IMG/VR virus record: IMGVR_UViG_3300035034_002381
Span: 1-64,000 of that record
DNA: 64,000 nucleotides
Strand: one strand, 5' to 3'
Source of the DNA: a virus
Lineage: Duplodnaviria; Heunggongvirae; Uroviricota; Caudoviricetes
Shown here: positions 7,225 to 15,110 of the stretch, piece by piece
Position numbering within the stretch: position 1 is the first letter of the stretch
How the letters are laid out: each line of letters opens with the position of its first letter
Made by a program: the position numbers and the translations under genes
Notes under the pieces: generated by a model
The model's database searches: none
What the model was told of the DNA's origin: nothing
The model's input: the letters and a program-made list of their open reading frames with translations, nothing else

Positions 7225-7425
7225 ATGGAAAGTTTTAAAAGTATACTCGAATCTAAAGATTCTGATAAACTCGCAAAAGAGATCAATAATGCAATCATTA
7301 AAATTGATGATTCTATGTCATACAAAGATTTTGCAGCTGCAGTTATCAAAATAATGAAAGAAGAATACGGAGAACACCTATATACAGAATTCTTAGGAAT
7401 TTTACAAAAAAATCTAAAGAAATGA
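7225..7425 (+). CDS. small hypothetical protein; N-terminus MESFKSILESKDSDKL is paralogous to the 47731 ORF
   Basis: 66 aa; conserved 16-aa N-terminus shared with MKSFKKVLENKEADKL. Confidence 0.45.
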   Translation: MESFKSILESKDSDKLAKEINNAIIKIDDSMSYKDFAAAVIKIMKEEYGEHLYTEFLGILQKNLKK

Positions 7426-7601
7426 AGACTTTTAAAGAATTTATAAACGAATCGGAATATATGGTGGTGAATGGAAAGAAAACGCCGAGATAACAGCTAG
7501 ACAATTATCTTCTGGGTTGGTTATTAGCATTGAACCTACAAAAATAAAAGTATTAGTTAGTACATCATCAGAACTAGATATCGATGTTTTAATGTCTAAC
7601 A

Positions 7602-7790
7602 ATGATAAAATTGAATATAGAAGTTATAGACGACTCGCCGTATACAAAACCAGGATCTACACAAAGTTTTATTAGAATAAAACTGAATGGAAAAACTATA
7701 TATGAAGATAAAGGAGCTAATTATGCCGACGCACCAAGTGACGAGATTATTAGAGCTTATGAAGAGGTGTATAAAATTAGATCCAAATAG
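7602..7790 (+). CDS. small hypothetical protein
   Basis: 62-aa ORF. Confidence 0.3.
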   Translation: MIKLNIEVIDDSPYTKPGSTQSFIRIKLNGKTIYEDKGANYADAPSDEIIRAYEEVYKIRSK

Positions 7791-8026
7791 GGAATACGTT
7801 TGCTTCTATACACAATAATTCAAAATATAAGACTTGAAAATGAAAAGATTTTTTAGAGTTGCTAGTATTACATCATTAATTGTTCTGTGTCTATTCACAT
7901 TTTTAATGCACGCGTTTCCATGGGAATGGTCAACTGATATTAGATTATATTGCATATTCACAATGGTTTCTTCATCGATTGTCGCGTATTTCGTAAGCCG
8001 TTAATAAAATTTAACATATAGATAAC

Positions 8027-8056
8027 AGTGGGACTTTTATAGTCCCACTTTTTTTG
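8027..8056 (+). terminator. rho-independent terminator (AGTGGGACT-TTTA-TAGTCCCACT plus T-run)
   Basis: Hairpin then TTTTTTT. Confidence 0.7.
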
Positions 8057-8273
8057 TTTATATTTATACTGAATTTAAAAACTCAAAATAAATGTCAAGA
8101 GAAAATATGGATTATATGGGCGATGCAGTCTACGCAGAATACACGGGATGGTCAATTGATTTACGAGTCAATGATCATCGGAATCCTGTCGCTGTCGTTT
8201 TAGAAGAACTAGTCTTACAAAATTTAGTCGATTTTGCTAGACGAAAAGGTCTTAAAATCAAATAAATTATGAA

Positions 8274-8636
8274 ATGAAAGTAATTTATTCTGCAGTTTTT
8301 GTTGATAAGTCTACCCTTATAAAAAAATTTAAACCGGTATTTGATAACATTCATGCTCATCACATGACTATTGAATTTAGACCAGAATCAACAGATAATC
8401 TGGATATTGACAAAAATTACAAATTGAAAATTATCGGTAGATTAATTACAGACAAAGTTGATGTTCTTCTTGTTGATGATGGAGGCATCAGTAAAAATGA
8501 ATTCCCACACATTACAATTTCTATAGCTGATGGTGTTAGGCCTTTCGAAAGTAATACCGAAATCAAAAATAATTATTCCAAAATAACTAAACTTCGTGGA
8601 GAAATAACAGGCAAAATCGGAGTTTTCACCGCATAA
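8274..8636 (+). CDS. hypothetical protein
   Basis: 120-aa ORF. Confidence 0.45.
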   Translation: MKVIYSAVFVDKSTLIKKFKPVFDNIHAHHMTIEFRPESTDNLDIDKNYKLKIIGRLITDKVDVLLVDDGGISKNEFPHITISIADGVRPFESNTEIKNNYSKITKLRGEITGKIGVFTA

Positions 8637-8645
8637 ATCTTAACT

Positions 8646-8870
8646 ATGAAAAAGGTAACATTTCTAATTTTAATATTGTTCAACATTAATTTATGGGCAC
8701 AAGAACAACCAGATACAGTTTATGTTCTGAAAAGTTTTACAGTCAAAGGTGTGAGAGCTGATCCTAAAACACCGATCACACAAAAAACAATAGACAAGAA
8801 ATTTATTGAACGCAATTATTTTGGTCAAGAAATTCCTATTCTTTTAAATACCACACCATCAATAAATTAG
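8646..8870 (+). CDS. short secreted protein resembling the N-terminus (signal peptide plus start of plug region) of a Bacteroidetes TonB-dependent receptor; probable truncated host-derived fragment
   Basis: MKKVTFLILILFNINLWAQ signal, then TVKGVRADPKTPITQKTIDKKFIERNYFGQEIPILLNTTPSIN, then stop at 74 aa. Confidence 0.4.
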   Translation: MKKVTFLILILFNINLWAQEQPDTVYVLKSFTVKGVRADPKTPITQKTIDKKFIERNYFGQEIPILLNTTPSIN

Positions 8871-9119
8871 GTATGGAAAAATCTCAAGACTTTGAACCAA
8901 CCGAACCAGAAGAAATGTATTAAAATAATTGAAAATAACTCTTCCAGATTAAAACTTTTTGATTACTTTTGTATATATACTGTATATTTAAACAAACAAT
9001 AATGAAAACACAAATCAACATAACTACCAGTTATTCTTTAAGAAGCTTATGTACGTCGCTGAGACTATATGAGACAGGGTATCTATGTTGATCAAACATA
9101 TTTTTGATTACAAACTAAA

Positions 9120-9151
9120 CCCTGTCTATTTAATTAGACAGGGTTTTTTTA
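9120..9151 (+). terminator. rho-independent terminator (CCCTGTCTA-TTTA-ATTAGACAGGG plus TTTTTTT)
   Basis: Hairpin then T-run, immediately before tRNA block. Confidence 0.7.
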
Positions 9152-9154
9152 TTT

Positions 9155-9245
9155 GGAAGATAAAGCAGCTGCATTGGAGCGGCGACTAGCCTTGAAAACT
9201 AGGTCTCGGAGAAATCTGGGTGGGGTTCGAGTCCTCTGTCTTCCT
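9155..9245 (+). tRNA. tRNA-Ser (TGA), class II
   Basis: Acceptor GGAAGAT/GTCTTCC, anticodon loop CTTGAAA, long variable arm, T-arm GGGG-TTCGAGT-CCTC. Confidence 0.6.
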
Positions 9246-9277
9246 CAAAGTTTTAGTTCATTGACATATTAATATTA

Positions 9278-9361
9278 GAGGATGCGGTAATGGTGGTTAT
9301 TACAGTATCTTGGAAAGGTACCGATCGTTTATTCGGTCAGGGTTCGACTCCCTCATCCTCT
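9278..9361 (+). tRNA. tRNA-Ser (GGA), class II
   Basis: Perfect acceptor GAGGATG/CATCCTC, anticodon stem GTATC/GGTAC with loop TTGGAAA, variable hairpin CCGATCG...CGGTC, T-arm AGGG-TTCGACT-CCCT. Confidence 0.65.
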
Positions 9362-9397
9362 GCTATGTTCTTCTTAGAATAACTAATTTATGTAAAT

Positions 9398-9414
9398 GTG
9401 AGTTCGAATCTCAT
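9398..9414 (+). other. isolated T-arm-like hairpin GTGAG-TTCGAAT-CTCAT preceded by CTTAGAATA motif
   Basis: Seen in sequence. Confidence 0.3.
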
Positions 9415-9492
9415 CAAATGCTTTTAGCATCTGTAGCCAAATGGTTAGGCAATATACTTGAAATATATAACAAACGATTAGAAGAACAACAT

Positions 9493-9565
9493 GCTTCCAT
9501 AGTATAAAGGTTCATTATTCCTGTTTTGTAATCAGGCGATATCGGTTCGATTCCGATTGGGAGCT
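9493..9565 (+). tRNA. tRNA-Thr (TGT)
   Basis: Acceptor GCTTCCA/TGGGAGC, anticodon stem CCTGT/TCAGG (one mismatch) with loop TTTGTAA, T-arm ATCGG-TTCGATT-CCGAT. Confidence 0.65.
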
Positions 9566-9714
9566 CAATGAATATGATGTTTATTTAGATCCTAAAAATG
9601 ATTATCTTATTGGTATAGATAGTAAAAAAATTGAAAAGGTCGAAGAATTGTATAATGTGCGTAATAATAGACAAGGATAATTTATCTTGGAATGATATTC
9701 AAAATAAAATAAAT

Positions 9715-9795
9715 GTTTCAGTGGTGGAATGGTAGACACGTCGGTCTTAGGAACCGATGCCGAAAGGCGTGAGAGTTCGAGTCTCTCCTGGAATA
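9715..9795 (+). tRNA. tRNA-Leu (TAG), class II
   Basis: Acceptor GTTTCAG/CTGGAAT, anticodon stem TCGGT/ACCGA with loop CTTAGGA, variable arm TGCCGAAAGGCGT, T-arm GAGAG-TTCGAGT-CTCTC. Confidence 0.75.
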
Positions 9796-9796
9796 C

Positions 9797-9876
9797 ACTC
9801 TGGTGGATTAGGTAAATTGGTACAGCTAAACGGCTTAGACCCGTATCCCTTCTGGGTTCGAATCCCAGTCAGAGTA
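9797..9876 (+). tRNA. atypical 80-nt tRNA (family member A), anticodon loop CTTAGAC (TAG)
   Basis: Acceptor ACTCTGG/TCAGAGT, extended D-region GTGGATTAGGTAAATTGGTACAGCTAA, stem ACGG/CCGT, T-arm CTGGG-TTCGAAT-CCCAG. Confidence 0.55.
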
Positions 9877-9881
9877 CAAAT

Positions 9882-9961
9882 GCTCCTGTGGTTTATGTAA
9901 ATTGGCACAGCTAAGCGGCTTAAACCCGCAACCTTTATGGGTTCGAGTCCCATCAGGAGTA
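9882..9961 (+). tRNA. atypical 80-nt tRNA (family member B), anticodon loop CTTAAAC (TAA)
   Basis: Acceptor GCTCCTG/CAGGAGT, D-region GTTTATGTAAATTGGCACAGCTAA, stem GCGG/CCGC, T-arm ATGGG-TTCGAGT-CCCAT. Confidence 0.55.
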
Positions 9962-10056
9962 CAAAAGTTTATCAACGTCTTGAGTCAAGTTGGATGATGA
10001 CAAAAAGGCTAACGGCAGAAGTGAATCCATCGCACTGTGTTACATAAACTTTATCT

Positions 10057-10129
10057 GGCCAGGATTCTCAATTGGACGGGACTCTGTCTTCTAAACAGAT
10101 GTTTGTGGGTTCGAATCCCATCTTGGTCT
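10057..10129 (+). tRNA. tRNA-Arg (TCT)
   Basis: Acceptor GGCCAGG/CTTGGTC, anticodon stem TCTGT/ACAGA with loop CTTCTAA, T-arm GTGGG-TTCGAAT-CCCAT. Confidence 0.65.
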
Positions 10130-10135
10130 CTAAAC

Positions 10136-10209
10136 GCAGGTATACCTAAGTGGTTTAAAGGAGCGGATTGCAAACCCGTTATTCATTGGTTCGAATCCAA
10201 TTACCTGCT
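10136..10209 (+). tRNA. tRNA-Cys (GCA)
   Basis: Perfect acceptor GCAGGTA/TACCTGC, anticodon loop TTGCAAA, T-arm ATTGG-TTCGAAT-CCAAT. Confidence 0.7.
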
Positions 10210-10214
10210 CACTT

Positions 10215-10297
10215 GGAAGGTAACTTGATGGTGATAGAGGTAGTTTGCTAAACTACTGGCCGTTTACTCGGTCGAGGTTCGATTCCTCTGCCTTCCG
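10215..10297 (+). tRNA. tRNA-Ser (GCT), class II
   Basis: Acceptor GGAAGGT/GCCTTCC, anticodon stem GTAGT/ACTAC with loop TTGCTAA, variable hairpin GGCCG...CGGTC, T-arm GAGG-TTCGATT-CCTC. Confidence 0.65.
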
Positions 10298-10301
10298 CTA
10301 T

Positions 10302-10379
10302 GCTCCTGTGGATTATGTAAAAGCACAGCTAACACCTTGAGGAGGTGATCCTTTGTGGGTTCGAGTCCCGCCAGGAGTA
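10302..10379 (+). tRNA. atypical 78-nt tRNA (family member C), anticodon loop TTGAGGA (GAG)
   Basis: Acceptor GCTCCTG/CAGGAGT, D-region GATTATGTAAAAGCACAGCTAA, stem CACC/GGTG, T-arm GTGGG-TTCGAGT-CCCGC. Confidence 0.55.
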
Positions 10380-10419
10380 CAAAGAAGCAAAGAGTTAGTT
10401 AGGTTAGACTGGCTTGTTA

Positions 10420-10470
10420 TGTGGTGAAATTGGTAAACGCGAGCGCTTTGGTGCTTAGTAACCTTAACAC
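10420..10470 (+). other. partial tRNA-like paralog (GTGGTGAAATTGGTAAACGC D-region shared with the 10788 element; no T-arm)
   Basis: Sequence similarity only. Confidence 0.25.
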
Positions 10471-10479
10471 TTCTTATTT

Positions 10480-10553
10480 GCTGAGTTAGTATAGTCGGTT
10501 TATTACGATACCCTGGTACGGTATTAACACCAGTTCGATTCTGGTACTCAGCT
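10480..10553 (+). tRNA. tRNA-Thr (GGT)
   Basis: Perfect acceptor GCTGAGT/ACTCAGC, anticodon stem ATACC/GGTAT with loop CTGGTAC, T-arm ACCAG-TTCGATT-CTGGT. Confidence 0.75.
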
Positions 10554-10565
10554 CATGAAAAATAT

Positions 10566-10645
10566 GCCTCTGTGGATTATGTAAATTGGCACAGCTAACG
10601 GTTTCAAACTCCGATCTTTTATGGGTTCGAATCCCATCAGAGGCA
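10566..10645 (+). tRNA. atypical 80-nt tRNA (family member D), anticodon loop TTCAAAC (CAA)
   Basis: Perfect acceptor GCCTCTG/CAGAGGC, D-region GATTATGTAAATTGGCACAGCTAA, stem CGG(T)/(T)CCG, T-arm ATGGG-TTCGAAT-CCCAT. Confidence 0.55.
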
Positions 10646-10661
10646 CAAGTAGGAGAAATTT

Positions 10662-10746
10662 AGTCCAGTGGCGAAACAGGTATACGCACAAGATTTAAGC
10701 TCTTGCTTCCATTGAGGAATTGCGGGTTCGATTCCCGCCTGGATTA
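10662..10746 (+). tRNA. tRNA-Leu (TAA), class II
   Basis: Acceptor AGTCCAG/CTGGATT, anticodon stem CAAGA/TCTTG with loop TTTAAGC, variable hairpin TTCC-ATTGA-GGAA, T-arm GCGGG-TTCGATT-CCCGC. Confidence 0.7.
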
Positions 10747-10750
10747 CTAA

Positions 10751-10785
10751 GTTAGTACGGGTTCGATCCCCGTCTTGGCTACTAA
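10751..10785 (+). other. isolated T-arm-like hairpin ACGGG-TTCGATC-CCCGT (tRNA fragment)
   Basis: Seen in sequence. Confidence 0.3.
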
Positions 10786-10787
10786 AT

Positions 10788-10899
10788 TTGACCGTGGTGA
10801 AATTGGTAAACACACCCTTAAATCAGGGAGTATGAGAATATGTACTTGAAGCTGACGCAGAACATCATACATATGTAGGTTCGAATCCTATCGGTCGAA
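10788..10899 (+). ncRNA. 112-nt tRNA-like RNA with a ~44-nt insertion: a 7-bp hairpin ATATGTA...TACATAT between the anticodon-arm-like region and the T-arm
   Basis: Acceptor TTGACCG/CGGTCGA, D-region GTGAAATTGGTAAACAC, CCCT-TAAATC-AGGG, inserted hairpin 10838-10874, T-arm GTAGG-TTCGAAT-CCTAT. Confidence 0.45.
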
Positions 10900-10904
10900 C
10901 AAAT

Positions 10905-10978
<74 letters not shown>

Positions 10979-10984
10979 CTATCT

Positions 10985-11014
10985 AAAACTTTATTCAATT
11001 TCCATAATATAATG
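10985..11014 (+). promoter_or_regulatory. promoter-like motif AAAACTTTATTCAAT-N5-CATAATATAAT; same motif at 21071-21099
   Basis: Two near-identical copies, each about 30 nt upstream of an ATG. Confidence 0.45.
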
Positions 11015-11261
11015 TGTAACTAAACTTTATAGAAATGGAAAAAATACTAATGTCTGAAATTTTGACTTATGACAACTTCGACGACGGTTTACCTGAAGAA
11101 TATGAATTTGTCGATTCTGAACAAACATATTTTGATGGTGAAAAAGGCTTTGTTAATATCGAAGCTATTATCAGAAGAGAATCAGACTCACAATTTTTAA
11201 AGTAAAATACACCGATTATGGAAAAGGTGAAAATGATCTTATGGAAAGTGTGGGCGAACCT

Positions 11262-11327
11262 GTAACTCAAAAATCCAAAACAATTTTCTACTATGTAACT
11301 CAAAAATCCAAAACAATTTTCTACTAT
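11262..11327 (+). repeat. perfect tandem direct repeat, 2 x 33 bp (GTAACTCAAAAATCCAAAACAATTTTCTACTAT); second copy ends in the ATG of the 11326 ORF
   Basis: Exact duplication seen in sequence. Confidence 0.9.
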
Positions 11328-11598
11328 GAATAGTATGACCTTTTTATTAGGCATTACGTATGTTATCGGATACTTTTTAAGTATCATAATCCTAAAAAGA
11401 TTTCACCATATTTTGGATATTCCAGATTATAATTCATATCCAAAATATAATGAATATTCAAGCAATGCACAAGCATACACAATGTGGTCAATTGTATGGC
11501 CGTTATTTTGGGTCTTAAAAATCATAGTTCTTCTTTTCGAAAAACTTATTAATTTAACTAAATATATACTAAATGGAAACTCAAGCTCAAGAAAGTAA
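11326..11598 (+). CDS. small putative membrane protein
   Basis: 90 aa with hydrophobic segments; start codon embedded in tandem repeat. Confidence 0.35.
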   Translation: MNSMTFLLGITYVIGYFLSIIILKRFHHILDIPDYNSYPKYNEYSSNAQAYTMWSIVWPLFWVLKIIVLLFEKLINLTKYILNGNSSSRK

Positions 11599-12508
11599 TA
11601 GAATAATCAAAGAAATTCATTCTTCTTTTTATTCAATGGATCAAGAAACTGATACATATCTTCAACGCCAAATTCAAGCTGCGTATGACGAATCTATCAA
11701 AGGCTCTTTAGAGAAGACTATCAAAAAATATGGTTTTAATAATGCCAAAAACTCTGACATTTTTGATAAAGCATTACTTGAAAGTCGGGAAGAATTAAAT
11801 GATGTCTTAAACGAATGTTCAGTGACATATCCAGGTAAAAAGTTTATTACTGATGAACAAATAGCACAGCTTTGTATCAAATATAATTTATTACTAACAA
11901 CACCAGATAGATTTATTGGTGAAATACCAGAACGTAATATCCAAGAGTTGAACGACTTTAATCCAAAAGGTAGCGAAAAAAAGGCGTTTTTTGATCCCAA
12001 AGTTTTTTATAAATTATATAACTTTATAAGAGAATATGAAGAGAAGCATTATTATATGAATAAAAATCTAAAAAAATCTATTGCAATGATTTATCGATCA
12101 TTTATGAATCATAGTAACATGGATTCAATACTTTTTCCAGATAATAATAAATATATTGTTCATGGTGTCAATGAAGATAAATCAATCACCACAACTGAAT
12201 TAGGTATTCAAACAGCAAAGAAAATATCTGAAGAATTATCTAAGAAAGAAAGAAATTCTGTACCTATTTTACCGTTGTTTTCACAAACTATGATAGCAGC
12301 GACATCTGATTTACTTGATATTCCTAAACTAGGATTGATCAAGAATAAAAGAAATGAACTTGTTTTAGGTCTTAATTCAAAACAATTTAAAGAAAATTTT
12401 CTACCTGATCCAATTGTACTACATAAAGTAAAACGTGGTGCTATTATTATAACTGCTTGGGGCTTGGAATCTCAAGATGAACTAGTATTCAATCCTATTA
12501 TTAATTGA
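11573..12508 (+). CDS. hypothetical protein
   Basis: 311-aa ORF. Confidence 0.55.
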   Translation: METQAQESNRIIKEIHSSFYSMDQETDTYLQRQIQAAYDESIKGSLEKTIKKYGFNNAKNSDIFDKALLESREELNDVLNECSVTYPGKKFITDEQIAQLCIKYNLLLTTPDRFIGEIPERNIQELNDFNPKGSEKKAFFDPKVFYKLYNFIREYEEKHYYMNKNLKKSIAMIYRSFMNHSNMDSILFPDNNKYIVHGVNEDKSITTTELGIQTAKKISEELSKKERNSVPILPLFSQTMIAATSDLLDIPKLGLIKNKRNELVLGLNSKQFKENFLPDPIVLHKVKRGAIIITAWGLESQDELVFNPIIN

Positions 12509-12512
12509 TAAT

Positions 12513-12695
12513 ATGGAATATACGTGTATAAAGGTAGTAACTATTACAGAAGGTAATTTACCCCCTAGGATAGTAGTTGAATTGAAATCTGGAAATATTA
12601 AAATCGAAATAGAAATAAATGAAGACTTTGAAAAGGTCCCTGAAGATCTATTGAAACTTAAACCGGGCGAAACGTATTCGCTTTTAATAAATTAA
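12513..12695 (+). CDS. small hypothetical protein
   Basis: 60 aa, tightly packed after previous gene. Confidence 0.35.
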   Translation: MEYTCIKVVTITEGNLPPRIVVELKSGNIKIEIEINEDFEKVPEDLLKLKPGETYSLLIN

Positions 12696-12712
12696 TAAAA
12701 ACAAAACCCCTT

Positions 12713-14710
12713 ATGAAAAAACTATTACTATTATTAATGCTATTTTCTTCTGTGAATTTATTTTCACAAGAAAATTATTTGATCCTTGATACCATTGGTA
12801 TGGATCAATACGAAAAACAAATTTTTGAGGAAAAAGTAAATTCCCCAGAATCTAACGAAGAGATTTCATGTTTAACCTTATTTGCTGGATCCAGACATGA
12901 ATTTAATTCAAAGTTAAAATCAATTAACGAATCAAAAAGCAATGTTGATATTAACGAAACTATTAGAATTCCCGTTGTTTATCATATTATGCACATTACC
13001 AAATTTGGTCTTGGTGGAGTTCCTTTCGAATCAGGACTAATTAGCAAACAACAAGTGTGGTCTGCTTTGGATGATCATATTAAAGGATTCCAAGCATATG
13101 TTGGGACTCGTCAAGAAACGGGATATGATACTAATATAGAATTTTATTTAGCAAACCTGGATGAAGAAGGAAATTTATTTGACGGTGTTATTTATTATGA
13201 TATGGACACAGTCCCCTGGGTAACTACTGAGGAAAGAGAACAATTTTTTAATTTCGGAATGTTTGGTATTGGACTTGATGATTTCTTAATCAAAAATAAC
13301 ATTTCATTAGACCCTGATAGATATCTAAATGTTTACATTACTCCAGAGATTTCTGGTAATGATGGAGGTAATGGGATCCAAGGATATGCATTTTTTCCAG
13401 GTGGTACTCAAGCACTTTGGGGACAAACAAATTTATCAAATATAGTAGGATTACCTTCAGTAAACTATTATGATGCTGATTTTGATGGTATAATGGACGA
13501 AGGAGTGGGGCCTTTACTTAAACCCAGTGCTCAAGAAAATGATACCCATCCACACGAAACCGGACATAATTTCCGTCTTTATCATACATTCCAAGGACAA
13601 AGTTGTGCAATTGAAGGTAATTGTGATACCCAAGGAGATGGAATCTGTGATACGGAGCCAACCCCACGTAATACCCAATGTAATTATAATGGGTGTCCGA
13701 CTCCTACCCCCGTTTCTAATAAGAATTATATGTCATATTCAGAATGCAGGTTTGAATTTACCGAAGACCAAAACCATGAAATGCGATCTTCTTTCACTGA
13801 AGATCTACCATTACTTGTTAGCAGTATTGATTCGGGATTATGTTATATTCCAAGACAAACCCAAGTTGAAATGATCATCCCACAATCAAACGATATAACA
13901 GGATGTCCCGATTCTCCTTTCCTTTCTTTTACTGTAAGAAACCTAGGTCCTGAAGTTGATTCAACAGGAATCCCGGTTATGTTAACAAATCTTGTTATAG
14001 CTTATGGAAATGATTTGTCTAACGTTGACACGTTTGAATTTAATTTAAATTTAGGTCCTTTCCAATATGATGATTTAGTTTTACCTTCTGTAGATAATCA
14101 AAGTTCAAATAGAAAGATCAAATTACTTTCTGTTAACGGATTTCCGGTAGAAGATTCAAGCACTCTTTCTACTAATCTTCCAGTAGGACCTAATGAATTA
14201 ATTGTAGTTTGCCAACCAAACTGTTCATCAATACAAGATAATTATTGGAAAGTTACAAATTTAAATACTGGAACTATTGCATTCCAAAGTGAATATTATC
14301 CTGTTAATTATTCAGGACCTCCTATCGAAACAAGGATCTGTTTACCTGGAGGCAATTATCAATTTTCATTAATTGATGAATCTGAAAATGGTTGGAATGG
14401 TACTTTTTGTAATCCCGATTTTTTCGATGAACCATTTATGGAAGTTTATTACAATGGATCCTTATGTCAATCTATACAAGGTGATGAATTTAATAGTTCT
14501 GAGTGGTCATTTACAAATTGTAACACTAGTACTCAGGGACTGATTGAAAATGAAGAAGAACCTGTTTTAGAATATGAGTACTATACTCAACAAATGGAAA
14601 GAGTAGAATTTGAAGATATTGTTACAAACCAATTCTTTATAATTTATACTTATGAAAAATCTGAAAGTTCTAGAGAGTTGATCGATAGAGATTGGATCAT
14701 AAAACAGTAA
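12713..14710 (+). CDS. secreted zinc metallopeptidase, metzincin-like (HExxHxxxxxH; M43/pappalysin-like), Cys-rich
   Basis: Bacteroidetes-type signal peptide MKKLLLLLMLFSSVNLFSQ; motif HETGHNFRLYH; many Cys in the region around it. Confidence 0.55.
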   Translation: MKKLLLLLMLFSSVNLFSQENYLILDTIGMDQYEKQIFEEKVNSPESNEEISCLTLFAGSRHEFNSKLKSINESKSNVDINETIRIPVVYHIMHITKFGLGGVPFESGLISKQQVWSALDDHIKGFQAYVGTRQETGYDTNIEFYLANLDEEGNLFDGVIYYDMDTVPWVTTEEREQFFNFGMFGIGLDDFLIKNNISLDPDRYLNVYITPEISGNDGGNGIQGYAFFPGGTQALWGQTNLSNIVGLPSVNYYDADFDGIMDEGVGPLLKPSAQENDTHPHETGHNFRLYHTFQGQSCAIEGNCDTQGDGICDTEPTPRNTQCNYNGCPTPTPVSNKNYMSYSECRFEFTEDQNHEMRSSFTEDLPLLVSSIDSGLCYIPRQTQVEMIIPQSNDITGCPDSPFLSFTVRNLGPEVDSTGIPVMLTNLVIAYGNDLSNVDTFEFNLNLGPFQYDDLVLPSVDNQSSNRKIKLLSVNGFPVEDSSTLSTNLPVGPNELIVVCQPNCSSIQDNYWKVTNLNTGTIAFQSEYYPVNYSGPPIETRICLPGGNYQFSLIDESENGWNGTFCNPDFFDEPFMEVYYNGSLCQSIQGDEFNSSEWSFTNCNTSTQGLIENEEEPVLEYEYYTQQMERVEFEDIVTNQFFIIYTYEKSESSRELIDRDWIIKQ

Positions 14711-14868
14711 ACAAACAATGTGGGTGTATAGAAATGTACACTCACATTCTAACTAAATTTTTATGTAGCAGATGATGAAGTAGCTAAGAATCAAAAATTA
14801 CGAAAATGGCTTGTGTTACCCAAATGGTAAACTGACTTTTCGGGGATTTCTTAAATCAAAAATAAAAC

Positions 14869-15075
14869 ATGGAAAAAGTAAGAATCGTTCAAGATGAAAG
14901 TAGTCATTGGTACATAATCCCTAATAAAAAATTGGAAGATTTTTATGAAGATTCTGTAAACATTGAAATGTGTGATAATGGGAATTTTGATAGAAAATGG
15001 GCGCAATATGCTACAGGCGGCAGCCCTAATAATATTCAATTATATGCAAATTTAGAAGTTTATTTTTCTATGTGA
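14869..15075 (+). CDS. small hypothetical protein
   Basis: 68 aa. Confidence 0.35.
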   Translation: MEKVRIVQDESSHWYIIPNKKLEDFYEDSVNIEMCDNGNFDRKWAQYATGGSPNNIQLYANLEVYFSM

Positions 15076-15110
15076 ATTATTTTGATTATATTTAAACAAA
15101 TAAAATTGGT

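Noticed and set aside
9310-10228. ORFs 9310..9507, 9747..9953(-), 10037..10228 from the six-frame track
   Set aside because: Overlap the tRNA array; spurious.
13527-13874. Alternative-frame + ORFs nested in larger genes (13527..13874, 5754..5963, 25394..25636, 33115..33300, 36123..36338, 46320..46526, 53608..53814)
   Set aside because: Out-of-frame overlaps inside longer ORFs with better coding character.
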